Assembly (NCBI GenBank): GCA_039805765.1
Contig: JBDLTP010000050.1
Span: forward strand, 10,378 to 74,377
DNA: 64,000 nt
From: Pseudomonadota bacterium
Lineage (GTDB): Bacteria > Pseudomonadota > Gammaproteobacteria > Methylococcales > Methylomonadaceae
Reading direction: 5' to 3'
The stretch's first letter is position 1; every line of letters begins with the position of its first letter. The notes under the pieces were generated by a model. It did no database searches, was not told where the DNA came from, and saw only the letters and a program-made list of their open reading frames with translations. Below are positions 1 to 8,116 of the stretch, one piece after another. Both the position numbers and the translations under genes were made by a program.

Positions 1-1740
1 CACCACGAGCGGATCAATTTCGTAAAGCGTCCATGTTTGCGATGGCTTAGCGTAACACGCCAAGGCGCCCGCGCCTAAACCCACTACGCCAATAGTCCAA
101 TTTTCATTCGCGTGATCAAATGTTTTAAATAACTGACCCATGGGACTTGGGCGACTGTAATAGGTTAGGGGAGTTTTACTTTCCGCGGCAATTAAGCGCT
201 GTGCACCATGCTTTGTGGTTCCATGAAATAATTCATGATAAGTTTCGGGTTGATTGTTTTCGTCACTTAAAATGCTTTCACGCACCGCCATGACACCAAA
301 AAAAGTCCGCTCCTGCATGAGAGTATGACTTTCTGCATGATGAAGACTCATTGCCGCGCAAATAATCACGCCAGTTAGACCCGCATACGCAATCACACGT
401 TTTCTCAAAAAATAAATGGCAATCGTTAGGATAATTAAACTAATTACAATGCCATCAAAATAGCCAATTAAATTCGTCACGCTAAAATAAATGCCTGCCC
501 CCACGCTCAGCAGCAGTAGCGGATCAAGAAGTTGCATCGCTATTTCTTTAGGGGTTAATTCGGTCGCACTCGGGCGGAGTAGGAGCGCGGCAATAATCAT
601 CAAAGGGTATTCATAAATCCCATTGAATACAAATGGGGCAAGGAACGTATTGAACATGCCGCCAAGCATGCCCGCAAACGACATAATTAAATAATACGTG
701 GTTAAATGCGCACGATGAGGACGCTGCGCTGCAAGTTCGCCATGACAGACCATCACGGCAAAGAAAAACGCGATGACGTGAAATGCTAAATACGCCCAAT
801 AAGGTAAATCAGCAGGATTGATAAACGCATACGCAACAAAAGGAATAAAAAATAAGGATTGAAATTTAATCAACCAGCTATGACTTTTGTCATTCCAGCG
901 CGAAAAAACAATGACAAACGACAATAAATAAACGGTTAAGGGAATAATCCAAAGTAGCGGCACTGACGCAATATCGGTACTAATAAAATTGGTTAATCCT
1001 AAAAGCAAACTAGAGGGGACAAAAGCCAGGGCGCCCCAATATATTTTTGTTTTCCAGGATAGTGCGGGCGCTTGCTTGACAGATAATAGCGGCTCGGACT
1101 CAGATGCTTGAGAGGCCGGATAATTTTTCCAAAGTACAGCGCCACATAATGTAATAAAAATACATAAACCAAAATAGCCCATTGACCAATCGGCTTGTTG
1201 CGCAGCGAGTCCCCAGTTGGGTTCAATGAAAAAAGGGTAGCTAAGCAGTGAAACCAAACTGCCCGTATTGCTTGCCGCATATAGAAAATAAGGATCTGCG
1301 CTATCTTTATGCCCCATATTCGAAAACCATTTTTGCATCAGTGGTGAGGTGGTCGAGAGAATAAAAAATGGTAACCCAATAGCCAATGCAAGCGTTGAGA
1401 ATATCCAAAGAGTCGGATTGCTTTGCGTGGGTGGAATAAGGTTTTCGGGTAGCGCAATTGGCAACGCAAGCAAACTGAGTGCAATCACACCAAGATGAAC
1501 AATCACTTGATGATGAGCATGAAGACGTGAAGCGATTAAATGCGCGTAAAGATAACCTAAAAACAAAAGACTTTGATAAAACACCATGCAACTATTCCAA
1601 ACTGCTGGCGTACCACCAAGCAGAGGGAGCAATAATTTACCAAAAAGTGGTTGCAAAACAAACATCAAAAGCGCACTACTAAAAAGCGTGCTAACAAATA
1701 ACAAAATGAGGGGTGTTGAGCGATTTTGAAATATAGGCAT
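1..1740 (-). CDS. Polytopic membrane protein fused to a spermidine-synthase-like (SAM-dependent methyltransferase fold) domain; 3' end lies outside the window
   Basis: Manual reverse translation from ATG at 1740 gives MPIFQNRSTPLILLFVSTLFSSALLMFVLQPLFGKLLLPLLGGTPAVWNSCMVFYQSLLF. I translated only codons 1-60 and the last 20 codons. The open frame across all 580 codons is inferred from the lack of competing long ORFs. It is absent from the ORF track, presumably because there is no stop in the window. The end reads ...GVVGLGAGALACYAKPSQTWTLYEIDPLVV, like the nucleotide-binding strand of spermidine synthase-like proteins. Confidence 0.6.
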   Translation of the reverse strand, partial: MPIFQNRSTPLILLFVSTLFSSALLMFVLQPLFGKLLLPLLGGTPAVWNSCMVFYQSLLFLGYLYAHLIASRLHAHHQVIVHLGVIALSLLALPIALPENLIPPTQSNPTLWIFSTLALAIGLPFFILSTTSPLMQKWFSNMGHKDSADPYFLYAASNTGSLVSLLSYPFFIEPNWGLAAQQADWSMGYFGLCIFITLCGAVLWKNYPASQASESEPLLSVKQAPALSWKTKIYWGALAFVPSSLLLGLTNFISTDIASVPLLWIIPLTVYLLSFVIVFSRWNDKSHSWLIKFQSLFFIPFVAYAFINPADLPYWAYLAFHVIAFFFAVMVCHGELAAQRPHRAHLTTYYLIMSFAGMLGGMFNTFLAPFVFNGIYEYPLMIIAALLLRPSATELTPKEIAMQLLDPLLLLSVGAGIYFSVTNLIGYFDGIVISLIILTIAIYFLRKRVIAYAGLTGVIICAAMSLHHAESHTLMQERTFFGVMAVRESILSDENNQPETYHELFHGTTKHGAQRLIAAESKTPLTYYSRPSPMGQLFKTFDHANENWTIGVVGLGAGALACYAKPSQTWTLYEIDPLVV

Positions 1741-1793
1741 GAGTCACAACGAAAGCAATAGTCAATAAAAACAGCGTTTATTTAAAGACGATT

Positions 1794-1978
1794 GGTATTT
1801 CCCACCTGCGCCGCTGTATTCTTTCGTCCATGAACCAACGGTTCAGGGGGGAACACTATCTTTTAATCGGGCTGCTCAACCAAAGTTGAGTATGCACACC
1901 AGAAAGGAACGCGCATTCCCAAGGGTAATATAGGTTCAGGAAACACCCAGAACACTCTCAAACGCCGCAGGAAATACC
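1794..1978 (-). ncRNA. ssrS: 6S RNA (SsrS)
   Basis: About 185 nt starting 19 nt downstream of the zapA stop, the conserved zapA-ssrS synteny. The 5' GGUAUUUCCUGCG pairs with the 3' CGCAGGUGGGAAAUACC to form the closing stem. The internal CCCCUGAACCGUUGGUUCAUGG resembles the conserved E. coli 6S segment CCUUGAACCAAGGGUUCAAGG. No ORF is present. Confidence 0.8.
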
Positions 1979-1996
1979 AACATAGTTTAATCGTCT

Positions 1997-2299
1997 TTAT
2001 TCATTTTCTAAAACATTTTCTATTTTATGGCGCATATTCGATAAGCATTCATTGAGATTTTGGTTTAATTTTTCGTTCTCATGTTGTAATAACTGCAGTT
2101 CATGCGCCATATTCAAAGCCACCATGACAGCAATTCTATCATCGCCGTTAATTTTTCCCGCATTGCGAATTTTCCGCATTTTTTCGTCTAATTGTTTTGC
2201 TGAGTCGAGTAGCAATTCCTGCTCATCAAAATCACATGCAATTTTATATTCTTTGCTTAAAATGGTCAGTGACACCACCGAAGATTGTTTTTGACTCAT
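1997..2299 (-). CDS. zapA: Cell division protein ZapA
   Basis: 100 aa with ZapA-like sequence (LTILSKEYKIACDFDEQELLLDSAKQLDEKMRKIR...AVMVALNMAHEL). It sits immediately upstream of the 6S RNA and divergent from ygfB-pepP-ubiH, as in E. coli. Confidence 0.85.
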   Translation of the reverse strand: MSQKQSSVVSLTILSKEYKIACDFDEQELLLDSAKQLDEKMRKIRNAGKINGDDRIAVMVALNMAHELQLLQHENEKLNQNLNECLSNMRHKIENVLENE

Positions 2300-2523
2300 G
2301 AATTTTTCTCCATCGCTTTAAGTCGGGTAATCATTGCTTCAACTTGTGTTCGTGCTAATGACGTTTTTTCGAGCAGCTTCGCCTTTTCACGCACAAGTGC
2401 ATCTTGTTTTGTTTTTAAAGACATATTTTCTACTTTGATATGATTATATTCGCCAATAAGCACATCAATATTTTGTTCTAGGGATTTTAATTCTTCATCA
2501 GGGTAAGGTACGATTGGTTTCAT
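2296..2523 (-). CDS. Small coiled-coil protein often found upstream of zapA (TIGR02449/ZapB-like)
   Basis: 75 aa with heptad-rich sequence. ATGA overlap with the zapA start. Confidence 0.5.
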   Translation of the reverse strand: MKPIVPYPDEELKSLEQNIDVLIGEYNHIKVENMSLKTKQDALVREKAKLLEKTSLARTQVEAMITRLKAMEKNS

Positions 2524-2668
2524 TGCATCAAAGTGTAAAGTTTATTAAAAACAGGCATTTTAGTGTTTATCACACAAAAATACGCACGAAATGGTATTCA
2601 ATTTAATGAACAATGGTAGCATAGGTGTTATTTTTATTTTAGTAGTACAACATTATTATGTGGAGAAA

Positions 2669-3181
2669 ATGAGTTACGCAACAATTGACGCCCTCTTAGG
2701 GCAATATGACGCGGATTTATCCGCCGCACAGGCGCAGGGAATGGCGAGTGGATTATTAGCTGTTAACATTAATTTCAGCGGCGCGCAGTGGCTTGAAGAG
2801 TTACTTCGTCATTCACCGCCAATAAATGATGAACATAAGGCCATATTAGAGGGTTTATTTGAAGATACGCAAGATGTGCTACTGAATGACGAGTTTGAAT
2901 TCGAAATTTTTTTGCCAGAGGCAGAGGATTCGGATTTAGTTGAGCGCGTTGAAGCCCTCCGCGAATGGTGCAAAGGCTTATTGCTTGGCGTTGGGTTTGC
3001 AAATACGGCCACTCAATTTTCGATACAAACACAAGAAATCCTAAAAGATGTCGCTGAAATGACGAAACTCGATAGTGATATTGCGTTAGACGATGAAGAA
3101 GCCGAAAACGACTTTATGGAATTAACCGAGTATTTACGCGCCGCTGTGCTTGCGTTGCGTGATAATTTTACTGAGCAATAA
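2669..3181 (+). CDS. ygfB: UPF0149 family protein (YgfB-like)
   Basis: Sits upstream of pepP-ubiH as in enterobacteria. Acidic C-terminal half. GGAGA Shine-Dalgarno 3 nt before ATG 2669. The track start at 2591 has no RBS and adds a hydrophobic N-terminus. Confidence 0.65.
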   Translation: MSYATIDALLGQYDADLSAAQAQGMASGLLAVNINFSGAQWLEELLRHSPPINDEHKAILEGLFEDTQDVLLNDEFEFEIFLPEAEDSDLVERVEALREWCKGLLLGVGFANTATQFSIQTQEILKDVAEMTKLDSDIALDDEEAENDFMELTEYLRAAVLALRDNFTEQ

Positions 3182-3182
3182 A

Positions 3183-4505
3183 ATGAATCAATCTGAATTT
3201 AAAAAACGCCGCAAACACCTCATGCAACGTATTGGAAAAGGGAATATCGCTTTAATAAGCAGTGCAGGCGTGCGTGTTCGCAATCGTGACGTCGATTATC
3301 CTTTCCGCCAAGACAGTGATTTTTATTATTTAACTGGTTTTAATGAGCCGGATGCGCTGGCGGTGTTTATTCCCGGTCGCAGTCAAGGTGAATATATTTT
3401 GTTTTGCCGTGAATTTGACGAAAAAAAAGCACTATGGGAAGGCGCACATGCGGGGCTTGAAGGCGCTATTAAGCACTATGCTGCAGATGATTCGTTTCCC
3501 ATTGACGACGTCGATGATATTGTTTCTGGGATGCTCGAAAATAAGACGAAAGTATTTTATCCCATGGGACGCGATACAGACTTAGATCATAGCCTGCAAG
3601 AATGGATACGCCATATTCGCAGTCAATCGCGTAGTGGCGTGATGGCGCCTGCAGAATTGGCGTCAATTGAGCCGATTGTGCATGAAATGCGTTTATTTAA
3701 AAGCGCTGCTGAATTAAAACTTATGCGATACGCTGCACAGATAAGTGCCCAGGCGCATGTGAAAGCCATGCAACTCTGTGTTGCAGGAAAATATGAATAT
3801 CAAGTAGAAGCGGACATCGTGCATCACTTTATGCAATCCGGTCTGCGTAACGTGGCGTACCCATCGATTGTTGCGGGTGGTAAAAATGCGTGCACACTGC
3901 ACTACACAGAAAATAAGGATAAATTAAAAAATGGGGATTTACTGCTCATAGATGCTGGCGCAGAATGCGATCATTATGCCGCAGATATTACACGCACCTT
4001 TCCCATTTCCGGTAAATTCAGTGAACCGCAAGCCTTACTTTACCAATTGGTTTTAGATGCGCAATTCGCTGCTATTGAACAAATCAAGCCAAATCTACCT
4101 TGGAATGCAGCACACGATGCATCGGTTGAAGTTTTGACAAAAGGCTTGGTTAAGCTGGGGTTACTCAAAGGCAGTGTGTCTAAATTAATTAAAAATGAAA
4201 AGTATAAGCAATTTTATATGCACCGCATTGGGCACTGGCTGGGCATGGATGTTCACGACGTAGGGGATTATAAAGTCAATCAACAATGGCGACTTCTTCA
4301 AGCAGGAATGGTTCTCACTGTGGAACCTGGGCTTTATATTCCTGAAGACTGTAAAAGTGTAGATAAAAAATGGCGCGGCATTGGGATTCGCATTGAAGAT
4401 GATGTGTTAGTCACCAAAAACGGTTATGAAATTCTCACCCATGAGGTTCCAAAAACCATTGTGGAAATCGAAACGTTAATGGCAGAGGCGCAAGGTGGAC
4501 GTTGA
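3183..4505 (+). CDS. pepP: Xaa-Pro aminopeptidase (M24B)
   Basis: M24 metal-ligand motifs LLLIDAGAECDHYAADITRT, HRIGHWLGMDVHDVG, EPGLY and GIRIEDDV. Start taken at MNQSEFKKRR (3183) rather than the track start 3150, which overlaps ygfB. Confidence 0.9.
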   Translation: MNQSEFKKRRKHLMQRIGKGNIALISSAGVRVRNRDVDYPFRQDSDFYYLTGFNEPDALAVFIPGRSQGEYILFCREFDEKKALWEGAHAGLEGAIKHYAADDSFPIDDVDDIVSGMLENKTKVFYPMGRDTDLDHSLQEWIRHIRSQSRSGVMAPAELASIEPIVHEMRLFKSAAELKLMRYAAQISAQAHVKAMQLCVAGKYEYQVEADIVHHFMQSGLRNVAYPSIVAGGKNACTLHYTENKDKLKNGDLLLIDAGAECDHYAADITRTFPISGKFSEPQALLYQLVLDAQFAAIEQIKPNLPWNAAHDASVEVLTKGLVKLGLLKGSVSKLIKNEKYKQFYMHRIGHWLGMDVHDVGDYKVNQQWRLLQAGMVLTVEPGLYIPEDCKSVDKKWRGIGIRIEDDVLVTKNGYEILTHEVPKTIVEIETLMAEAQGGR

Positions 4506-5670
4506 TTTAATTATTGTCGGCGGGGGATTAGCAGGAAATTGCCTTGCCCTCTCTCTACAGCATACCGGACTTAAAATCGCTATTATCGAAGCACAGTCAC
4601 GTCAAACACTTGAGAGCGTAGCGCTAGGTGATCGCGCCTTAGCGCTGGCTGCCGGCACAGTTGACGCTCTAAACTCACTTGATTTATGGGATGGTATTTC
4701 ATACGCCGCAACGCCTATCGAAAAAATCCATGTTTCCGATCAAGGGTATTTTGGTAAAACGCATTTATCTGCTAAAAAAGAAAATGTGCCCGCATTAGGT
4801 TATGTGATTGCGGCGCGGGATTTAGAAAATCACATTGCCAATCAGGTTGCAAAACTCGAAAGTACAACCGTTTATTATTCTACGCGTGTTGCAGGTATTA
4901 TTGCTGATGAGAATGCTGTCTTTGTGAGTTTAAAATCTGAGCAGGAATCAATCAATCTCCGTGCAAAACTGGTTGTAGGCGCAGATGGGGGAAACTCTTC
5001 AGTTAGACAATTACTGAATATTACGCAGCATCGAACGGATTACGGCCAATCCGCCATCGTTACGACCGTAAGCACCTCAAGGCCGCATCAAAATGTCGCT
5101 TATGAGCGATTTACTTCATCAGGGCCGCTAGCGCTACTTCCTTTAGGAACGCATCACTGTGCAGTGGTTTGGACACGCAAAAGTGACGATGCACAGGCTT
5201 TAATGCAAGGCAGTGAAGCAGATTTTATCGCGCAACTTCAACTGTGTTTTGGTTATCGTTTAGGTGAATTAAGTTTAAGTGCGCCAAGGCATGCGTTCCC
5301 GTTATCGCTGATTCGCGCAAACGATATTATTGCTAATCGCGCTGTTATTATTGGCAACGCAGCGCATCAACTCCATCCTGTTGCAGGACAAGGTTTCAAC
5401 TTAGGATTACGAGATGTCATGGCACTAGCAACAATGATTGCCACGCAAGGTAATAATGATATTGGTGCACCTGATTTTTTAGCGCGTTACGCAGAAAAAC
5501 GTGAAGGTGATCAATCACGCACTATTCAATTCACAGATGCGTTAGTCCATGTTTTCTCCAATGAGTGGTTTGCGCTGACGGCAGTTCGAAATTTAGGCTT
5601 AATGTTACTTGATACATTGCCTTTTGCGAAAAGTATTTTAGCTAAACATGCCATGGGCTTGCATTTGTAG
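4495..5670 (+). CDS. ubiH: FAD-dependent ubiquinone-biosynthesis hydroxylase (UbiH family)
   Basis: GTG start directly followed by the dinucleotide fold DLIIVGGGLAG. Also GADGGNSSVR and GNAAHQLHPVAGQGFNLGLRD. Positioned after pepP as in E. coli. Confidence 0.8.
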   Translation: MDVDLIIVGGGLAGNCLALSLQHTGLKIAIIEAQSRQTLESVALGDRALALAAGTVDALNSLDLWDGISYAATPIEKIHVSDQGYFGKTHLSAKKENVPALGYVIAARDLENHIANQVAKLESTTVYYSTRVAGIIADENAVFVSLKSEQESINLRAKLVVGADGGNSSVRQLLNITQHRTDYGQSAIVTTVSTSRPHQNVAYERFTSSGPLALLPLGTHHCAVVWTRKSDDAQALMQGSEADFIAQLQLCFGYRLGELSLSAPRHAFPLSLIRANDIIANRAVIIGNAAHQLHPVAGQGFNLGLRDVMALATMIATQGNNDIGAPDFLARYAEKREGDQSRTIQFTDALVHVFSNEWFALTAVRNLGLMLLDTLPFAKSILAKHAMGLHL

Positions 5671-5710
5671 TGGATTCGCTATAATTTTTATTTTTTTTGA
5701 GGAGTAAAAT

Positions 5711-6142
5711 ATGACAGAAATTATTTATGTATTATTAGTAGGTTATGCGGGGTATGTGATCTATACCGCAATGAGTGATGAGAGTGTAACCAAAAAATCA
5801 GAGAACCCGAGTGCAGCTGCTTTCACGGCGCCCCCGCCCTTAATGCCTAATATTGAATCTAAATTACTGGTAAAACCCGAAACGGTGAGTAAAGTAGAAA
5901 AAAAAGAGGATTCGTCATCGAAAACGGCTACTGCTAAAAAAGGCTTAAAAAATCCAAAAACGGGGGAAGTTACATCCAGTTATGCAAATTATCGTGTAAT
6001 GAAACGCTGGATTAAAGACGTTTTAGTGTCTGAAGGGTTGCTAGACAAAATTTATAAAAATAATGAATTAACACCAGAAATTGAAGCGAAAATCAAAAGC
6101 GCTATTATCCAATTAGAACAAAACGAAACCTATCGCGCTTAA
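5711..6142 (+). CDS. Hypothetical membrane-anchored protein
   Basis: Strong GAGGAG RBS. One N-terminal TM helix (IIYVLLVGYAGYVIYTA), a Lys/Ser-rich linker and a helical C-terminal region. No family recognised. Confidence 0.5.
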   Translation: MTEIIYVLLVGYAGYVIYTAMSDESVTKKSENPSAAAFTAPPPLMPNIESKLLVKPETVSKVEKKEDSSSKTATAKKGLKNPKTGEVTSSYANYRVMKRWIKDVLVSEGLLDKIYKNNELTPEIEAKIKSAIIQLEQNETYRA

Positions 6143-6169
6143 TAAAAACGACTTTGACATACGATATTT

Positions 6170-6871
6170 ATGACATTTGAAAATACCAATGTGCCACCAC
6201 GGATTCGCAGTTTTGTTAGGCGCAAGGGCAGGGTAACCCCGGGGCAAAGTTTTGCATTAGAAAATCATGCGCCACTTTATTGTCTTGATTTTAATCAAGA
6301 TAATATAGATTTCGACACAATTTTTGGACGAAAAGCACCGCTGATAGTGGAAATTGGTTTTGGCAATGGAGACAGTTTAGCGAAAATGGCGGCTGAAAAT
6401 CCTGAAACAAATTATCTTGGCATTGAAGTGCATCGCGCAGGTGTTGGGCATTTGCTGATGTTGATTGAATCGCTTCAATTAACCAATGTGAGAATTTATT
6501 GCCATGATGCCATTGAGGTGCTTGAGCAACGTATACCAGATGCCAGTTTAGAAGGGGTGCATCTGTTTTTCCCCGACCCATGGCATAAGAAAAAGCATTT
6601 TAAACGCCGCATTGTGCGAGACAGTTTTGTGGCGTTATTAGCACAAAAAATTGCGCCAGAAGGGTATTTTCATGCCGCAACCGATTGGGAGAATTATGCC
6701 CAGTGGATGCTGGATATATTAAATCGTGCTACCCAATTTCAAAACCTCAGTCCAACAAACGATTATTGTGAGCGTCCAGATTACCGTCCCCTTACAAAAT
6801 TTGAACAACGTGGCATACGACTTGGCCACGGTGTGTGGGATGTGATGTACGCTAAGCGTCTGCTCGATTAA
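6170..6871 (+). CDS. trmB: tRNA (guanine46-N7)-methyltransferase
   Basis: VEIGFGNGD SAM motif and the hallmark FPDPWHKKKHFKRR motif. Confidence 0.9.
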   Translation: MTFENTNVPPRIRSFVRRKGRVTPGQSFALENHAPLYCLDFNQDNIDFDTIFGRKAPLIVEIGFGNGDSLAKMAAENPETNYLGIEVHRAGVGHLLMLIESLQLTNVRIYCHDAIEVLEQRIPDASLEGVHLFFPDPWHKKKHFKRRIVRDSFVALLAQKIAPEGYFHAATDWENYAQWMLDILNRATQFQNLSPTNDYCERPDYRPLTKFEQRGIRLGHGVWDVMYAKRLLD

Positions 6872-8111
6872 AAATGATATTTCCTGCTTTCAGGGTGTGA
6901 GTAACGCGCCCTGTAAGTGTTTCACCCCAAAATGGCGTGTTAATACCTTCACTGCGCCAATTAGCGGTATTCGCAACCCAAGTGGCGTTAGGATCAAATA
7001 TGCAAATATCAGCGGCTAATCCAACAGCGAGCGTTCCCGTATCCAATCCTAAAATAGTAGCTGGTTTTTCATTGAGTAAGGATAAGGCGCTTGGCAAATC
7101 AAGCGTTTTTTGATCAACTAAGCGCAATAATAAAGGTAGCAGTGTTTCTAATGTAGACATACCGGCTTTTGTTTCGGGAAATGCCGCTAATTTTGCGTCT
7201 AGGTTATGCGGTTGATGGTCAGAGCAGATGCTATCAATTGTGCCGTTAATTAGGCCACTACGAAGATACTCTAAATCCTGCGTATCGCGCAGGGGTGGCA
7301 AAACATGATAATGGCTATCAAAGGGGATGACATGATCTTGGGTTAAATGTAGCTGATGCATGGCGACATCGGCGGTCACATTCAATCCATATTTTCTTGC
7401 TTGCTGAAGCTTAATCACCGCCCGCCATGAACTCAACTGTCCAAAATGCACACGGCACCCTGTTAATTCTACTAATTCTAAGCATTGTTCAAGTGCAATC
7501 GTTTCCGCTGAATCTGGAATACTCGGTAAACCATAACGCGTTGCCATCTCGCCTTCATGTGCACACCCGCCATTGCTTAGACTAAATTCATTCGGGCGAT
7601 ACATAAATAGTAAATCATGACTTGCGGCATATTCCATTGCACGCCGTAAAATCAACAAATTTTTGACTGGAAATTGCCCATTGCTGACAGCAAGGCAACC
7701 GGCATTTTTAAGGGACAGCATCGAGCTTAATTCACTGCCACCCAGATTTTGCGTTAATGCGCCAATAAAACGACAAGATGAATAACCCGCCTGTTTTGCT
7801 AATCCATCTAAATGTTTGACCACTTCAGGGGTATCAATCATCGGAGAAATATCGGGTTGCACACAAAATGTGGTCACACCTGAACAAGCGGCAACCTGAG
7901 CCTCTTTGACGATATTAGCAAAACGCACACTCAAATCCACAAAACCTGCACAGACCACATTCCCTGTTGCGTCAATTACATGATCCGCTTCAAAATGTAC
8001 TGGAGATTCATTGATCGCAATAATATGACCTTCTGCAATATAAATATCCCCAGTCTTATCTAATTGATTTGCGTAATCAATCAGGCGTCCGTTTTGGATT
8101 TTTATTTTCAT
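6852..8111 (-). CDS. Dihydroorotase-like amidohydrolase, probably the non-catalytic PyrC-prime type
   Basis: Class I dihydroorotase-like length and C-terminal motifs (ICSDHQPH, ADVAMHQLHL). The N-terminal metal-binding HxH is replaced (GFVDLSVRFAN where DxHVHxR is expected). Confidence 0.65.
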   Translation of the reverse strand: MKIKIQNGRLIDYANQLDKTGDIYIAEGHIIAINESPVHFEADHVIDATGNVVCAGFVDLSVRFANIVKEAQVAACSGVTTFCVQPDISPMIDTPEVVKHLDGLAKQAGYSSCRFIGALTQNLGGSELSSMLSLKNAGCLAVSNGQFPVKNLLILRRAMEYAASHDLLFMYRPNEFSLSNGGCAHEGEMATRYGLPSIPDSAETIALEQCLELVELTGCRVHFGQLSSWRAVIKLQQARKYGLNVTADVAMHQLHLTQDHVIPFDSHYHVLPPLRDTQDLEYLRSGLINGTIDSICSDHQPHNLDAKLAAFPETKAGMSTLETLLPLLLRLVDQKTLDLPSALSLLNEKPATILGLDTGTLAVGLAADICIFDPNATWVANTANWRSEGINTPFWGETLTGRVTHTLKAGNIIFNRADA

Positions 8112-8116
8112 ATGAC

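Noticed and set aside
611-1682. Four short track ORFs (611-799, 999-1280, 1307-1591 minus strand; 1479-1682 plus strand).
   Set aside because: They are out of frame or antisense within the long edge-truncated minus-strand CDS (1-1740), whose translation has clear membrane and spermidine-synthase-like character.
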